Below are positions 24,466 to 37,579 of a stretch of 64,000 bases of DNA, in pieces; the first letter of the stretch is position 1, and each line of letters opens with the position of its first letter. The stretch covers positions 1,612,001 to 1,676,000 of the forward strand of contig JAWMAR010000214.1 in assembly GCA_036785375.1 (NCBI GenBank), in the 5' to 3' direction. The DNA is from Leucoraja ocellata. Its lineage: Eukaryota. A model generated the notes under the pieces. That model saw only the letters and a list, made by a program, of their open reading frames with translations, was not told the origin of the DNA and did no database searches. The position numbers were made by a program, and so were the translations under genes.

Positions 24466-24927
24466 CAATGTCTACATGAGACTCTGGTTGATTGTTGAGT
24501 TAATTACCTGTCCCACTGCCACTCTGCTCTGTCTTTAGTTTTCCTTGCAGCACTACATACATTCAAAGAATAGCTACTGATTTTACAACCAGGCACTTTG
24601 CAGCCACTTCAAATAAAATGGCTCTTACAACCCATTGCTTGTCCCATTGCCACTCTTTTTTTGTGATTTGATCTCTTTGGCCTTCCAGCCCATCACAGAC
24701 ATGGCTGGTTTTGTTCTTTCCTCTCCTTCATCTTCTTCTGCACCTTAATTGACTTCAAATGTTTTTTCAAGTTCAATATTGTCATCAAAATTAAATGTTC
24801 CATTAACTAAATATTATTGATGTTGAAAATCTATGATAAAGATATGATGGAAACATTAAGCAGTTCAGGTGTATTTGCAGAAAGTGAAACAGTTCAACCT
24901 TGTATCTTACATGAAATATTTATTGTA

Positions 24928-25510
24928 ATTGGTATTGGTTTATTATTGTTACGTGTACTGATATAGAGTGGAATGCTTTGTTTGTATCAAATCATACTCT
25001 AGATAAGTAGAATCAAGCCATACACAAGTTGAGCAGGCAGTGCAAAGAGCAGAAGAGTACAGAATATAGTGTTACAGCATGATAGCATTACAGTTACAAA
25101 GTGCAGCTTAAACAAAATGCAAGGTCCATAATGAGGTAGGTTCATAGCTACACTCTAGTTTATGGCAGTACTGTTCAAGAGTCTGATAGCAGCAGGGAAG
25201 AAGCTGTTGCTGAATCTGGTGGCATGCGCTTTCAAGATTTTGCATCTTCTGTCTGATGGGAGAGGGGTGAAGAGGGAATGACCCGGGTGAAAATTGTCCT
25301 TGATTATGTTGGCTGCTTTCACGAGGCAGCATGAAGTGTAGATGGATGTGATGGGGGGAGGCTGGTTTGTGTGATGGATTGTGCTACATCCACAGCTCAC
25401 TGCGATTTCTTGTGGTCTTGGGCAGAGCTGTTGCCAAACCCAATATGATGATTTCTATGGTGTATCTGTCACAATGGCCAAAGTCATTGGAGACATGCCA
25501 AACCTCCTTG
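24928..25510 (-). mobile_element. Rex1/Babar 3' fragment
   Basis: KAANIIKD.FHPGHSLFTPLPS.RR...RFSNSFFPAAIRLLN. Confidence 0.8.
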
Positions 25511-25688
25511 GTGGCCAATTCTCTATCTGTACAATTGCTTCCTTACTCTGCTGGATTATTCTCAATGTTTTTTGTTTTTATTTAATTGATTGTATATGTA
25601 TTCCAACAACTATTTCATTGGATTTCCTAGGATTCCTCCCTAATCAGCAATCATATTGAACATCTGGTTCTTCCTAAACCTAAAATTA

Positions 25689-26096
25689 CAGGTCCAGCAC
25701 TGATTTTCTGGCAACTGGTGGACCAGCACCTCCTTTAATCCGGACAAAATTACGATAGCGGACTTGAAATACCCCCCCCCCCCCAAATGTGGCACCCAGG
25801 CTGGGAGAGGTGGCCAATGGGACCTGCACCGATCAGTGAGTCAGATCTGCCCCCTGTGGCCGGGGCTTTGGCACTCCGGCAGATTCGTTCCCATAGCCGA
25901 CTTGCACGGCCAATTAGTGGGTCGAATTTGCTTCCTGCAGCCGAGGCTCTGGACCTCCGGCTCGGCATTCAGTACAGGGAACTGTTCTTGTACCGTGGAC
26001 TCCTCCCATCGGCCGTGATTTCTGATGGTCTGGTAAAACAGATAATCCAGAATGTCTCGGGAACCAAGGGTGCCGGGAAAATCAGTGGTGGTCCTG
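25689..26096. mobile_element. Tc1/mariner (Tigger-like) MITE
   Basis: ~25-bp imperfect TIR CAGGTCCAGCACTGATTTTCTGGCA; TA on the left; a related solo left end lies at ~16201-16290. Confidence 0.7.
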
Positions 26097-26694
26097 CACT
26101 ATATCGCCATTAATTATTTATCTTCTTCCACCCCCCCCCCCCCCACCACCACTGTTAATGTTGCAACAACTTGTGCAGGAATAAAATATCTGAACAATTC
26201 AACTTTTGTCTGGTTTGTATGGAAAATCAATTCGATTATTGTCGAGCTATTTTAGTTCTGCTGTTTATAACACAAATGAAATAATATTTGTATTAATTTT
26301 ATGATAGAGATTTTCAGAAGTTGGGCCCAGTATCCATGAAGGAGTTGCATTATGTTTGTAAATTGGAAAATGTGTGATTTAGATATGAAATTTCTGACGG
26401 TGGTATTGTTCATGTCCCAGACAATGGTTGTGGAATGTGGAGAAGCTAACAGAGTAACCCAGCAGAGTAACTACAATGCTCATTGTAAAGGCAACCATAG
26501 ATGTGCTTTTGCTGAAGTGAGTGAATATTTAGGATGGTGGATGAGTTGTCAATTAAGCAGGATTTTATCCTGGACTTGTAGAACTCTGCTGTTTGAGCTG
26601 CAGTCATTGAAGCATGTGTAGAGTTATGCCATATCTTATCCTTGTGGATGGTGGAAAGATTTTTGCACTGTCAGATATGACTAGCTCTTTGGTC

Positions 26695-28135
26695 GTCAAG
26701 TCAAGTTTATTGTCATGCAAAAGTAAAAGAGGGATAGGTGCAATAAAAAATTTGCTTACAGCAGCATCCCAGCCACATAGACTCAGACGACATGCAGGAT
26801 ATAAATGATACATAAAATAACAAATAAATCCTACAAGACTACAGTGATACAGACTACAAAACATGACATAGTACAAAAATATAATTAGAAACAAGCACAT
26901 GGTAGTGTAAGAGGTGGGCTGTTCCATTGCTGAGATAGATTTAGGGTTGTTCTGCTCAGTTCAAGAATTTGGTGGTTCTAGGAAAGTAGCTGTTCTTCAA
27001 CCTGGTGGTGTTGGACTTGGAGCTCCTGTGCCTCCTCCCTGACAGTAGCAGCAAGAAGGCATGGTCTGGATGGTTGGAATCCTTGATGATAGATGCTGCC
27101 TTCTCGAGGTAGCACCTGTTGTATGGAGAAGGTTTGTGTCCATGATAGATTGGGTTGAGTTCACCACTCTCTGCAACCTCTCTGTGATGGAATTGCCATG
27201 CCAGGCCATGGAGCACCCATCAGGGTGCATGCTACAGTGCATTCATAGAGGTTTGTGAGAGTATTCGATGATGTGCCGAATCTTCTTCAATACTATAGAA
27301 AATAGAAGTGCTGGCACACCTTCTTCATGATTATATCTATGTACTAGGCCCATGCAAGATGTTAAAGCCCAGAATTGGAAGGTACCAACTCTCTCCACTG
27401 CCAGCTGCCAATGAAAACTGGTGCATGACCTCCCGATTTCTTCCCGAAATTGAGGATTAGTTCCTTAGTTTTGTTGATGTTGGCAACTCAACCACATGTT
27501 CTATCTTTCTTGTGAATGCCGGCTCGTATAACCCATGACTCGGCCAACCACAGTGGTCATTGAATTTACAGGTGACATCAGAGCTGTGCTTAGCCACATG
27601 GTTATAGATGTAATGAGAGTAGCAAGCGGCTAAGCACAGAGCCCTGAGATGTACATGGTCAGTGAGGAGGAGATGCTACTGATCCACATTGATTGAGGTC
27701 TGCTGATGAGGAAATCAAGAATCCAGTTGAAAAGAGATGTATACAGGCGCAGGTGTTTGGAACTTGCGTGTTACATTTGGAGAGGATGATTGTGCTGAAT
27801 GCTGAGCTGTAGTCGATGAACAGAAACCTGATATATGTGTTTCTGTTATCCAGATGGTCCAAATGAGAGAAGAGCCAATGAAATAACATTTACTGTAACC
27901 TGTTGTAGCAATAGACACATTGAAGTACATCCAGGACATTTCACAGACCGGAGTTAATTCTGGCCATATCCAACCTCTTGGAGCACTTCATTGGTGGACG
28001 CAAGTGCTACTTGGAAGTAGTCAGTGAGTACGTCACCATGCTCTTGGGCATGATAGATGTCATTTTGAAGCAATTGGGAACCTCAGTCTGCAGAAGCAAG
28101 AGGTTGAATATGTTGTTGAATACTCCAACCATTTG
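26695..28135 (-). mobile_element. Decayed Rex1/Babar LINE with RT
   Basis: HLDNRNTYIRFLFIDYSSAFSTII; KAASIIKDSNHP; (CTTGA)n tail. Confidence 0.85.
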
Positions 28136-28149
28136 GCCACATTATTAAG

Positions 28150-29080
28150 TGATGGTTCCAGCTGATTTAATTGTCAGTGTTGATCCCTCAAGATAATAAT
28201 GTAGGATGACTTGGTGAGGATAGTGCAATTGAATATTAAGGATAAATGAGTAGACTGTCTCTGACTTATTAGACTTGCGTGGTGGGACGCTCATTAGGCT
28301 CCAATCACCTAACATGAATGTTGTCTAGATTTCGACACGTGCATTAATTGAAAATAGAATGGTGCATTGTGTAATCATCATTGAACATCTCCTCTCCTGA
28401 TTTTATTGACCGAGGATACTACACTGAGAAATCCCCACTACCTTTCAAACTGGGATTATAGAGTTCTACCAACCACAATGATTAGACTATTTTTCTTTTT
28501 CTGCACATTGACCAGTTTTATTGGGCTCCTGTTGCCACATTTCGTCAAGTTTGCCTTGACGTCCAAGAACAGTCATTCGCACCTTATCACTGGTACTCAA
28601 CACTTTGGTCCACGTTTGGACTGAGGATGTGATGAAAACCAAATTGGGCCTCGAGCAGCTGCCATTTTCTAGCATTGTCATGATTGAGAATGGAAGATTG
28701 GGCGGAAATAAGCCAGGTTATATTGGCCTGCTTATTGTAAACAGGATCTATCTGAACAATCTTCCCACAATGTTGGGCAGATGCCAATTTAGCATTTTGT
28801 ACTGGAACAGCTGGGCTAGAGTCTCAACTAGTTCCAGAGCAATTCATTGCTGCTATCAAGATATCTTGTCCTGTAGCCAGTAGTGCTCTGCTGTTTCTGT
28901 ACATCATGCTCAATGAATTTAGTTGGCTGAGCACTAACTTGTGAAATGGTGAGGAACTTGGGCAGAAGCCAAGATGTATCACTAATTTGACAATTCTGGC
29001 TGTAAATGCTTATTTGGCACTTGTGCTGGTCCATGCCATGGTGAAGGATGGGATTCGTATTGGAGTTGCTGTCTCCCCAT
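28150..29080 (-). mobile_element. Ancient CR1-group LINE RT fragment (distinct from HER1)
   Basis: Frameshifted ITSSVQTWTKVL...VRMTVL and QFGF motifs. Confidence 0.55.
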
Positions 29081-29269
29081 AGCTCTCATTTGCCATGACA
29101 CAAGGAAGTTATTTAGCCCATCAGCTTCATGCTGGCTGCCAGCAGAACAGTAGCATCTTTTCTATAGCTTGCTGCTTATTTACCTTTAGCCCTGAAACTC
29201 ATTCTTTCCCACATGCTCATCAACTCCCCTTTGATTGTTTTGCCCATTGCCCACCCTAGAAGTAATGCA

Positions 29270-29430
29270 ACATATTAAATTAATCCACAAGCAAATATTT
29301 AGGATGTAGGGAGAAACTAGAGCGCCCCCGGTAAACCCACATGTTCAGAGGAAAAAGTGCAAACTGCACACATAACGCAGGCTCATAATTGAACCCTGAT
29401 CACTAAATCTGTGAAGCAGCAGCGCTACAG
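29270..29430 (-). mobile_element. Old V-SINE fragment
   Basis: Degenerate V-domain and tRNA B-box. Confidence 0.55.
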
Positions 29431-29681
29431 TAAGCATCTATTCATGAACCATGATCCACTTGTTGAACTGTGATGCACCATCATTTATGAATAAGTGCTA
29501 TGGTTAATCATTAAGATCATTAAGAGAGTTAAACAATGCCAAATTAAATGTGGAAACAGGTATTTGATCTTGGAATATCAACATGAGAACAAAATCTAAC
29601 ATTTTGTTTTTATGTTTCTAAAACTTCCCACCATTATAAGATCGGGAAATATTTTTACAATGTTCAATTACATACAAAATC

Positions 29682-29991
29682 GGGCGCCAAGGTGGCGCAG
29701 CGGTAGAGTTCCTGCTTTGCAGTGCCTGAGACGCGGGTTCGACCCCGACTATGGGCGCTGTCTGTATGGATTTTTGTACTTTTGCGTGGGTTTTCTCCGA
29801 GATCTTCAGTTTCCTCCCACATTCCAAAGACGTACAGGTTTGTAATTTAATTGGCTGTTTGGTATAAGTGAAAAATTGTCCATAGTTTGTTTAGATAGTG
29901 TTAATGTGCGGGGATCGCTGGTCACTGCAGACTAGATGGGCCGAAGGGCCTGTTTCCGCGCTCTATCTCTAAACTACAGTTAAACTAAAAC
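29682..29991 (+). mobile_element. HE1-type V-SINE
   Basis: A-box GGTGGCGCAGCGG, B-box GGTTCGACCCC, V-domain, CR1-like tail. Confidence 0.9.
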
Positions 29992-30184
29992 CGTGACGTT
30001 GTCTTTTCTGCATGTAAAAATACATGGACAGCCATCAGACGCTCAGTGGCCAATGACACTTGGCAAATGACATCTGCACTCAATTCTAGGCATGAATAGA
30101 CACTGGAAGAGCCAAACAAATAAATTCTCATTAATGTTCAACTACATTAGCAGCACTCTCTTCTGAGCACAAGCACATGCACAG

Positions 30185-30690
30185 ATTTCGCTGTACAGTT
30201 CTGGTCACCAAATTACCCAAAGGCCATGTTGGGATGAACTGAATGAGTGCAGAAGAGATACACTGTTATGTTGCCTGGAAAGGAGGGCTGTAATTGCAAG
30301 GAGTGATTGGATAGGCTGGGTTTATTCTCAGTGGAATGTTGAAGGATGAGGGGTGATCTTATCGAAGAATAATAAAACTGTGAGGCTTAGATAGAATAGT
30401 TTAATTTCCCAGGACGGGGGAGTCTTGAACTGGAGGGCAGAGGTTTAAGGTGAGAGGGAAGACATTTAACAGCCAATTTTCCACACAGAGGGAGGTGAAT
30501 ATCTAGTTCAAGCTGCTAAAGAAGTTAGTGGAGGCAGAAACATTTACAATATTTAAACTACATTTGGACAGATACTTTGATAGGGAAAATGGTAGAAGTA
30601 TGAGGGCCTAATGCAAGGAAATGGGATTATTGTGGATTAGTTTTACAATTGCCATAGACGAAAGGGCTTGTTTCTGTGCTTTATGGTTGT
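30185..30690 (+). mobile_element. Old CR1 3' fragment
   Basis: CAGTTCTGGTCACC, GAGGGGTGATCTTAT, AGGTTTAAGGTGAGAGGG motifs. Confidence 0.7.
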
Positions 30691-32999
30691 AGAACTACAC
30701 TGGTAACATAGGAATACTTTCATGGATATTTGTCCCTGCTACAAGTAAATGAGTAAAAATGAGATAAAATATATTCCTTTTATTGGTTTGCTCTTTACCT
30801 ATCTCTATCGAGATAGAGTTGGTGTTTCTGAGCCAATTAAGATATAGTTGGATCTTCTGACAATAAATGGTAATATCCATCCATGACTAAACACATTCAA
30901 TAATGCCTTTCATAACTTCAGTTGATAACTATTTTTAAAATGGGATTTGCCTTTTATTGTGAATGGGCTGAATTGTAAATTAAAGTTTCTCAAAATTGTG
31001 TGTCATTTATTCTAGCTCATTTTGAAGTCTGAATGAAAAGGTTAATCTGTTCAAGAAAACACCAGGCAGTGACTGATGCACAGGCTGACAGTCAAAGATA
31101 TGCTGCATTGTGTCTGTGGAAAATTATAGTATTTTCTCTCAATATCAACCGAAAGGACAAATGTAACATTTTAAATTTAAAAGATTATTTTATTCCAAGT
31201 TGCATATTATATTTGAAACTCACTTTATTGTATCAGTGCCATTTAGTGCAAATTATTTACATGATTATTTAAATTGCACTTCTCTCATAAACTGAGATGC
31301 CCAAGTAAAATCGACTTTCGCAATAAAATCAGAATGTTGGTAAATTTAAGCGCAGAACATAGAACGTATAACGCAGGAACAGGCCATATGGCCCATGATG
31401 TGTCTACTGACTCTGATGCCAATTCAAAATGCACATCTGCCTGCACATGCTCTGTATCCCTCAATTCCGTGCCTGGTCATGTGTCTGTCTAAATGCTCTT
31501 AAACATTGCTATCATTGACAATAATATATTTTGACGTATTTTAAGAATGTTTTCCCACCTTTGTTTCAGCTTTGACATATTTTCCTACAGTTTAGGATAA
31601 AAATAACCAATGTATAAAACTATTTTTTTTAACTATCGTACATTCCTATTAACTGCCAATGAATCTCATCAATAATTCATTTTGCTCTTATGTAATTAAT
31701 GATATGTCCTATCACAGAAATGATTTTCCTTTGCACTTCTTGTGCAGATACCTTTTGTCTGTAACAATCAATATAAGAGATTTTCCATAGATATAAACTT
31801 GGCCAATTATCTATTTGGACAACTGCCTGAGACTTGCTAATAGTTAGCGGCTTGGCTGGGTGGCATTTGCTGTCCTGTAAATTTCCATCTCAGTTTGATA
31901 GGCTAGGTCTCTGGAGAACTCTGTGTCACTCATTGATTAAGTGTTCTGCATGTGATGGGGCTGCCAGAACTATTGATAATGTGTAGCCCTTGATTTTCTC
32001 AGGTGGTTGGCAGGGGAATGCTTCCAGATGTATTCATTTTTGAGGACCGGAATTCCCTCCCACCAAAATTAACTTCAAGGTTATATATATATATATATGT
32101 ATGTAAAAATGGGGGAAAAAAGCCTTGCAGCATCCCTTTATATGCATTGGCCACTATTCCCTCATTATAAGATACAAAGCTCCAGAGCTCTGGCACATCT
32201 GAGATTCACCTGGCATTCCAAGCAGACCACACCTCTGTCTGAGGGCTTAGACCACTTAGCAGACGCCCAGAACTCCACCACATTGTCCATTTACCTAATT
32301 ACACCAGCCAGTCATTGTGTTGTTGCAAAATGATCGCCAAGCCCCACCCCAAATACCATGACTTGGGGCACGAGAGTGAAGGCTTACCTGTTATTCCAAA
32401 TACATCACTTCCAATTCTTTCTTCTGCCATAACCCTTGGTGTCATACTTCATCCTGAGGTTAACTTCTCAATATCATTAAATTGTTTTTGTAAACTAATT
32501 TGCCTTACCTTAGCTCATCCAAGCTTTTTGTTACATCTAGACTTGACTATTGAATACCTTCTTGACTATCCTATTTTGTATGGAATGCTATTCAACAGCC
32601 TCTAACCACATTGAACTGTACTAATGGAATCCAATTCAACTGGCTTGTGCCTCATTGAACTATACTGATACCCCTTTGAGCAAAGTCTTGAGATCTCAAT
32701 ACTCACTCTTGCTTTTAACATTTCTCCAATATTTTCCCTCTCATGACTTCCATAATCTCATTTAGCTGCAACAATGTTTAAAGATTTCTTTGCTCCTCTG
32801 ATTCTAATCTTGTACTCTATTCTTTCAAATGCTAAAACTTTTTTCAATGTTTTTCACTTACGGCTTCTCGGCCTTTTAAGAGAGTTCTAAGCACGTCTTC
32901 GGCTATGTTTTGCTTGTTCTTAGTCTTTTGCATTATTTTGTAAATTTTTGTTTCATGTTATTTTCATGAAGCACAGCTTTATTTCACCATACCTAAGAA

Positions 33000-33330
33000 A
33001 ATAGAGTTGTACTGCATAGAATTGGGCTCTTCAGCCTGCCATGCCCTTCTACCTAACCCCATTTGCTTGCATTAGGTTGAACCTTTCTATGCCTTACAAT
33101 CTGTCCCTCCTAAATGTCTCTTAAATATGATTGTATCTGATTCTACTGCCTCCTTTGGTAGATCATTCCATATAAGACCCATTCTGTGTTAAAAAAAATC
33201 CCTCAATCCTTTTTAAAACTCCTTCCTCTTACCTTTAAACCTAAGCCTTTTTATGTGTGACCCTAATTATGCCTCTTACAATAATGTTTTATACTTCTAT
33301 TGGGTCATCTCTCAGATTCCTGCACTTCAG
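33000..33330 (-). mobile_element. Old CR1 3' fragment
   Basis: Degenerate CR1 3' motifs. Confidence 0.55.
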
Positions 33331-33904
33331 TGTTTTAAAAATGCAAATCATTTGTGGTCACTGGTAAAAGACTATAGGACTACAGTATGTCACACTGACT
33401 GGGGCCAGCAGTTCTAAATGGAACTATCAGCATTCTGCAGGTCTACCTTATGTCAATGCTTACGCAGAGTCACTAAGCTTGGGACAAGCTGAGTGGTAGA
33501 TATTAGTACATCAGTCTCTATAACACCCTCACAGAACTTCAGATGGAATCTAATATCATAACATTCAGGAATCACCTTTTCCAATTCCTCACTAGTCAAA
33601 TCTGGCATTGGATTGGAATCGCTATTCATTTGAAGAGAGGTTCTTGACCTCAAGGTAAGGAGGAAAAGGATAAATTAATGATTTAGCTTTGTTTTAATGG
33701 GTTGAAACAGTTCTTCAGTGTCTCATAGTTTATTTAGTTGTGGGTTCAATCATTTACATCAATTTTAGGCTTTGAAAGCACCTCTAAATATCAGAGGAAT
33801 TAGAAATATGTAAACAAAGTTTTGGGGTTTTGACAGGAGGCACAGGTGAGTGCTGAGCTTTGCTGTCTTAAAAAGACTGTCTGGTCATTCCAGCCCAGGG
33901 CATC

Positions 33905-35458
33905 AGCAGTGGGTCGTTGATGGAGAGAATTAGCTGCTTCAAATTCTTGGGCGTTCACATCTCCTGTGACCTGTCCTGGTCACAGTACATATTCATAATC
34001 AAGCCAACTTCTACTTTCCGAGAGGTTTAAAAATTTGTCATGTCTTCAAATACTCCCAACTAACTTTTACAGATGTACTGTAGAAAGTATCCTGACAGGT
34101 TAAATGATGGCCTGGAGCAGCAATTCTACCTCCCAGGAATGCAAGAGGCTGCAGAGAATGATGGGTTCCGCCCCGTCCATCACTGCCATGGCCCTCCCCT
34201 CCTTCAAAAGCATCTACATGAGGTGTTGCCTCAAGAAGACGCCATCTATTGTCAAGGATCCTTCTATCGTCAAGAAGATGCCTTCATCCCACATCTACCA
34301 TCAGACAGGACGTATTGCAGCCTGAGCTCCCATGCCATCAGGTTCAAGAGCAGCTCGTTTCCTACATCTATTAGGTGTTTGAGTCGACCAACACAACACT
34401 AATCCTATCTTAATAATAATACATTTTATTTATTGGGCGCCTTTCAGACATCTCAAGGACACCTTACATAGGTTAACAGGAATATAAACATATAATCAGA
34501 ATAAAATAAATAATAAAGACATCACAGAAACACAAACTAAAAACAGAATTCAGTCCAAAAACAAAAATCAAAAACACAATGTGAAGAGAGAGCAGCGGCA
34601 GCTAAAGCACGCCAGCGTCTACTCTCCCTCCACGGCAGCCATCTTGGACAAATACTAACAGGATTACCTTACAGACAAAAAATCATCCCCCCACAATGGT
34701 TACCACTGTGGGGGAAGGCACAATGTCCAGTCCCCATCCCAAGGTTCACCCCAAAGTCAGGCCTATTGAGGCCACCGCAATTGCCTCTACGGAGGCCCGA
34801 TGTTCCTGGCCGTTCTCACCGGGTGGTCTTGCCCCAGCGTCGGGAGAGTCCTCTCAGCGGCTGTGCCACCTGGAACGGCCGCTATCTAGCTGGAGACCGC
34901 GGCTTCCGAAGCCGACAAGGCCGGGCCGGTTTGGAGCTCCCAGGCTCCCGATGTTGAAATCAGCGCCGCCGGCTCCGCTCCGCAGACCCGCAGCCTGGAG
35001 GTGTTGAACACGGCGGTCACAGCTCACCAGAGCTCCAGCGCGTCGATCCAGCATGGCGACGCAGGCAAGGCATCGCCCGCTCCGCTCCGCGATAGCGCTC
35101 CAGCGCTGTGCCGCCACCGAGGCCGAGGTGCTGGGCGGTCCCCGCCAGGAAACGGCGCTCCAAGCCCGCTGGTAGGCCACGAGGATGGGTCGACGGGAGT
35201 CTTGACAATGGAACACTGCAGTCCACCTCTTGCACTACCATGGACTTGTTTTATTTTCTAATTTGTTTTTACTTCAATTTCTTGTTTTTGCACCATCTTT
35301 AAAAAGATTTAGATGTAATTTATCTATAATATATATAATTTTTTTTAATTTGTTTTTCTGGGTCTTTGTGCCTTTGATGTTGCTGCAAGTAAGATTTTTC
35401 ATTGTATCTGTATCTCACCGTACATGTGCATATGACAATAATCTTGATTCAACTCGAC
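33905..35458 (+). mobile_element. Rex1/Babar 3' fragment split by an insertion at 34411-35200
   Basis: FKFLGVHI and RFKSSSFPTSIRCL; the 3'UTR resumes at ~35201 and ends TGACAATAATCTTGA. Confidence 0.8.
34411..35200 (-). mobile_element. GC-rich non-coding retroposon with an L2-type 3' tail
   Basis: Minus strand ends GGTGTCCTTGAGATGTCTGAAAGGCGCCCAATAAATAAAATGTATTATTATTA; internal CAAGATGGCTGCC; CpG-rich body. Confidence 0.65.
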
Positions 35459-37033
35459 AGATGCCTTCCAGGTGTGTAATTCTGAAAGCCTCAGAACTAA
35501 TCCTTTTTGCCCCAAGGAGAACAACTTCAGTTTCTTTTCATTCACAAGAAGCAAGCAGTCTTTCATCTCTGGTAGCATTTAATGAATCTCTTATGCACTT
35601 TCTTGAAATCTTAAGCACTCTTTTGCCTAATTAGTATTTTGTAAAGGTTAGCATGACATCCTTGTTTGACTGGCTTGATTGTATTCTTTGAATCCTTGCA
35701 ACGGGTTTATATGAGTAACATGGCTTCTAAAATGAGTCCCACATAGTAGACTTACAAATAAATCACAAGGAATTTAAAAGACATTGGCTTGGGAGAGATG
35801 AAATTGGCTGAGGAGCAGGAAGCAGCATTGTCGTTGAAAGGTTATGTTTGGTACTGTCAGACGGGAGTAGAATTTTGTTGCATTGTGGAGCTGGAAACCA
35901 TCATTTTCAAGTGCTTAAATCTACTAATCTCACCGTTGTCTTTCCTTCATCTGTTTTTATCATAAATCACTTTTCCCAATATCACTTCCTTTATTGAGAT
36001 ACTGGTATTTTCAGTGAAGATAGTTAGAAATATCCAGTATCCCAGCCACACTCTTTGACTCTACAAAAGGTTGATCTTTCAATTAGTTAAAATACTATGG
36101 ACAACTGCCTTATTTTGTATAGAAAATAGTCTTAGATTCAGCAGGATTGTTTAACTGTTTATGTAAAAGAAAGACCGAGTAGTTTCTGTTTTATTTTCGG
36201 AAATTGGTGAACTCTGTTCGGACTAGTGGGAAATGTATTTTTACAATCCATAGGCCTGAGGAATTTGGCCTAATCTGGTCCTTGTTTTGTAGTATTATTA
36301 GCTAAGTTTCCCTCAAAGAATAGTTAAACAAAATGCTTCCAGGTTTAGATATTTAATTAGATATGAAGCTTGTTCTATAAATGTTTTAATGTCTGGAACT
36401 CTGAATCTGCAAGTGGTGACTTCACTCAAGTAAACAAATTTTAAAACCGCAATTTATAGTTTCTTGCCAAATGTTTTACAGGGAAGATACACAGATCTAT
36501 TCATTACTAACTCCATATGAAATGGTTTATTATACCAGACAAGCCAAAAAAACGTAGCGGGCTGCTGAGAGTTTAAACAGTCCCCACCAGATGATTCTGG
36601 GTGTGTGGTTGATAGCTTGCTGTCTTCTGGAAAGTAATGTTCAGAGGACCAACCAGTGCTGGAGCTCAACTGTCAAATCACATGGGGTTGTTTAGCCTTT
36701 TACCTTACTTGGTAATTGTGAACATCATATGTTTTCAGTTACTCTTTCAACAATCAACAGATTATTTATCGAGAAAACACGTCAATGTCGCAAAGTATAG
36801 TGAAACACCAAATCTTGGAAAAATGTTAACAATATTCTTTTGAGGCTTCAGGATATGCACATTTTCCTTAAATAAGTTGGGATGGAAATTGTTTCATGAT
36901 TGTGAGTCATTTACTGCCTGCTAGTTCCACCAGGAAGTAATTTGCTTGCTCTTGAAAGCTGCCTTTTACGCTGCTGCAACTAAAACTCCGAGATCTGTCG
37001 GAATAAAATGACCAAACTGGTGATTTCAAAAAC

Positions 37034-37080
37034 ATGTGGAATCTGATGTGGAAGTACTGTATTTCTGTGCGGACCATCAG
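37034..37080 (+). CDS. IQSEC1: Second alternative first coding exon (MWNLMWKYCISVRTI + AG, phase 2), probably IQSEC1
   Basis: ATG at 37034, 15 codons + AG, donor GTAAGA at 37081. Same phase as the 17991 exon. WKYCISVRT resembles a remembered IQSEC1 isoform N-terminus. An ETS-like CAGGAAGT lies about 100 bp upstream. Confidence 0.7.
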
Positions 37081-37444
37081 GTAAGATGTTCTTTTAAGTT
37101 TGTTTTGGCAGAATCAGTCTTTAGAATTTGAATACTTTCAAAACTTTTATTTTTCTCTCAAAAAATAGGCTGTTAGTCTAAAATGTAAGACAGTCATTCA
37201 AACATTGTGAGTTTTAACTGAAATGTTTTCAGAGGCTGCTTGTGCTTTTTGTACCTGGATAAAAATGCACTGTTGGTGTCAGAGTTTACTTGTATATGAT
37301 TGGGGTTCTAAATGGGACAACAGACATTTGCAAGTTTGAATGCCAGAGAGTACAAAACCTCTATATTCAAAGACAGACGTCTCGAACTTCCTAAGGTTGT
37401 CCAGCATTACACTAGTTAATCAGTGTTTTGGCCGTCACCCAAGC

Positions 37445-37579
37445 TAGTCTGAAGAAGGGTCTCGACCTGGAACATCACCCATTCCTTCTCACCAGAGACG
37501 CTGCCTGTCCCGCTAACTTACTCCAGCGTTTTGTGTCTATCTTTGGTTTAAACCAGCATCTGCAGTTTTTTCTTACACA
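37445..37579 (+). mobile_element. Penelope terminal repeat (hammerhead core mutated: GGAAC)
   Basis: CTGAAGAAGGGTCTCGACCTGGAACATCACC...TTACTCCAGC...AAACCAGCATCTGCAG. Confidence 0.8.

Noticed and set aside
29682-29760. tRNA gene
   Set aside because: The A and B boxes continue into a V-domain and LINE tail, so this is a SINE head.
33535-33660. Strong donor AAG|GTAAGG at 33654/33655 as another coding exon
   Set aside because: The phase-2 frame has a TAG at 33593 and no ATG after it, and the ATG at 33543 stops before the donor. At most a non-coding or poison exon, with no further support.
34696-35302. Overlapping Pro/Arg/Ala-rich ORFs
   Set aside because: GC-rich retroposon body with no recognisable domain.
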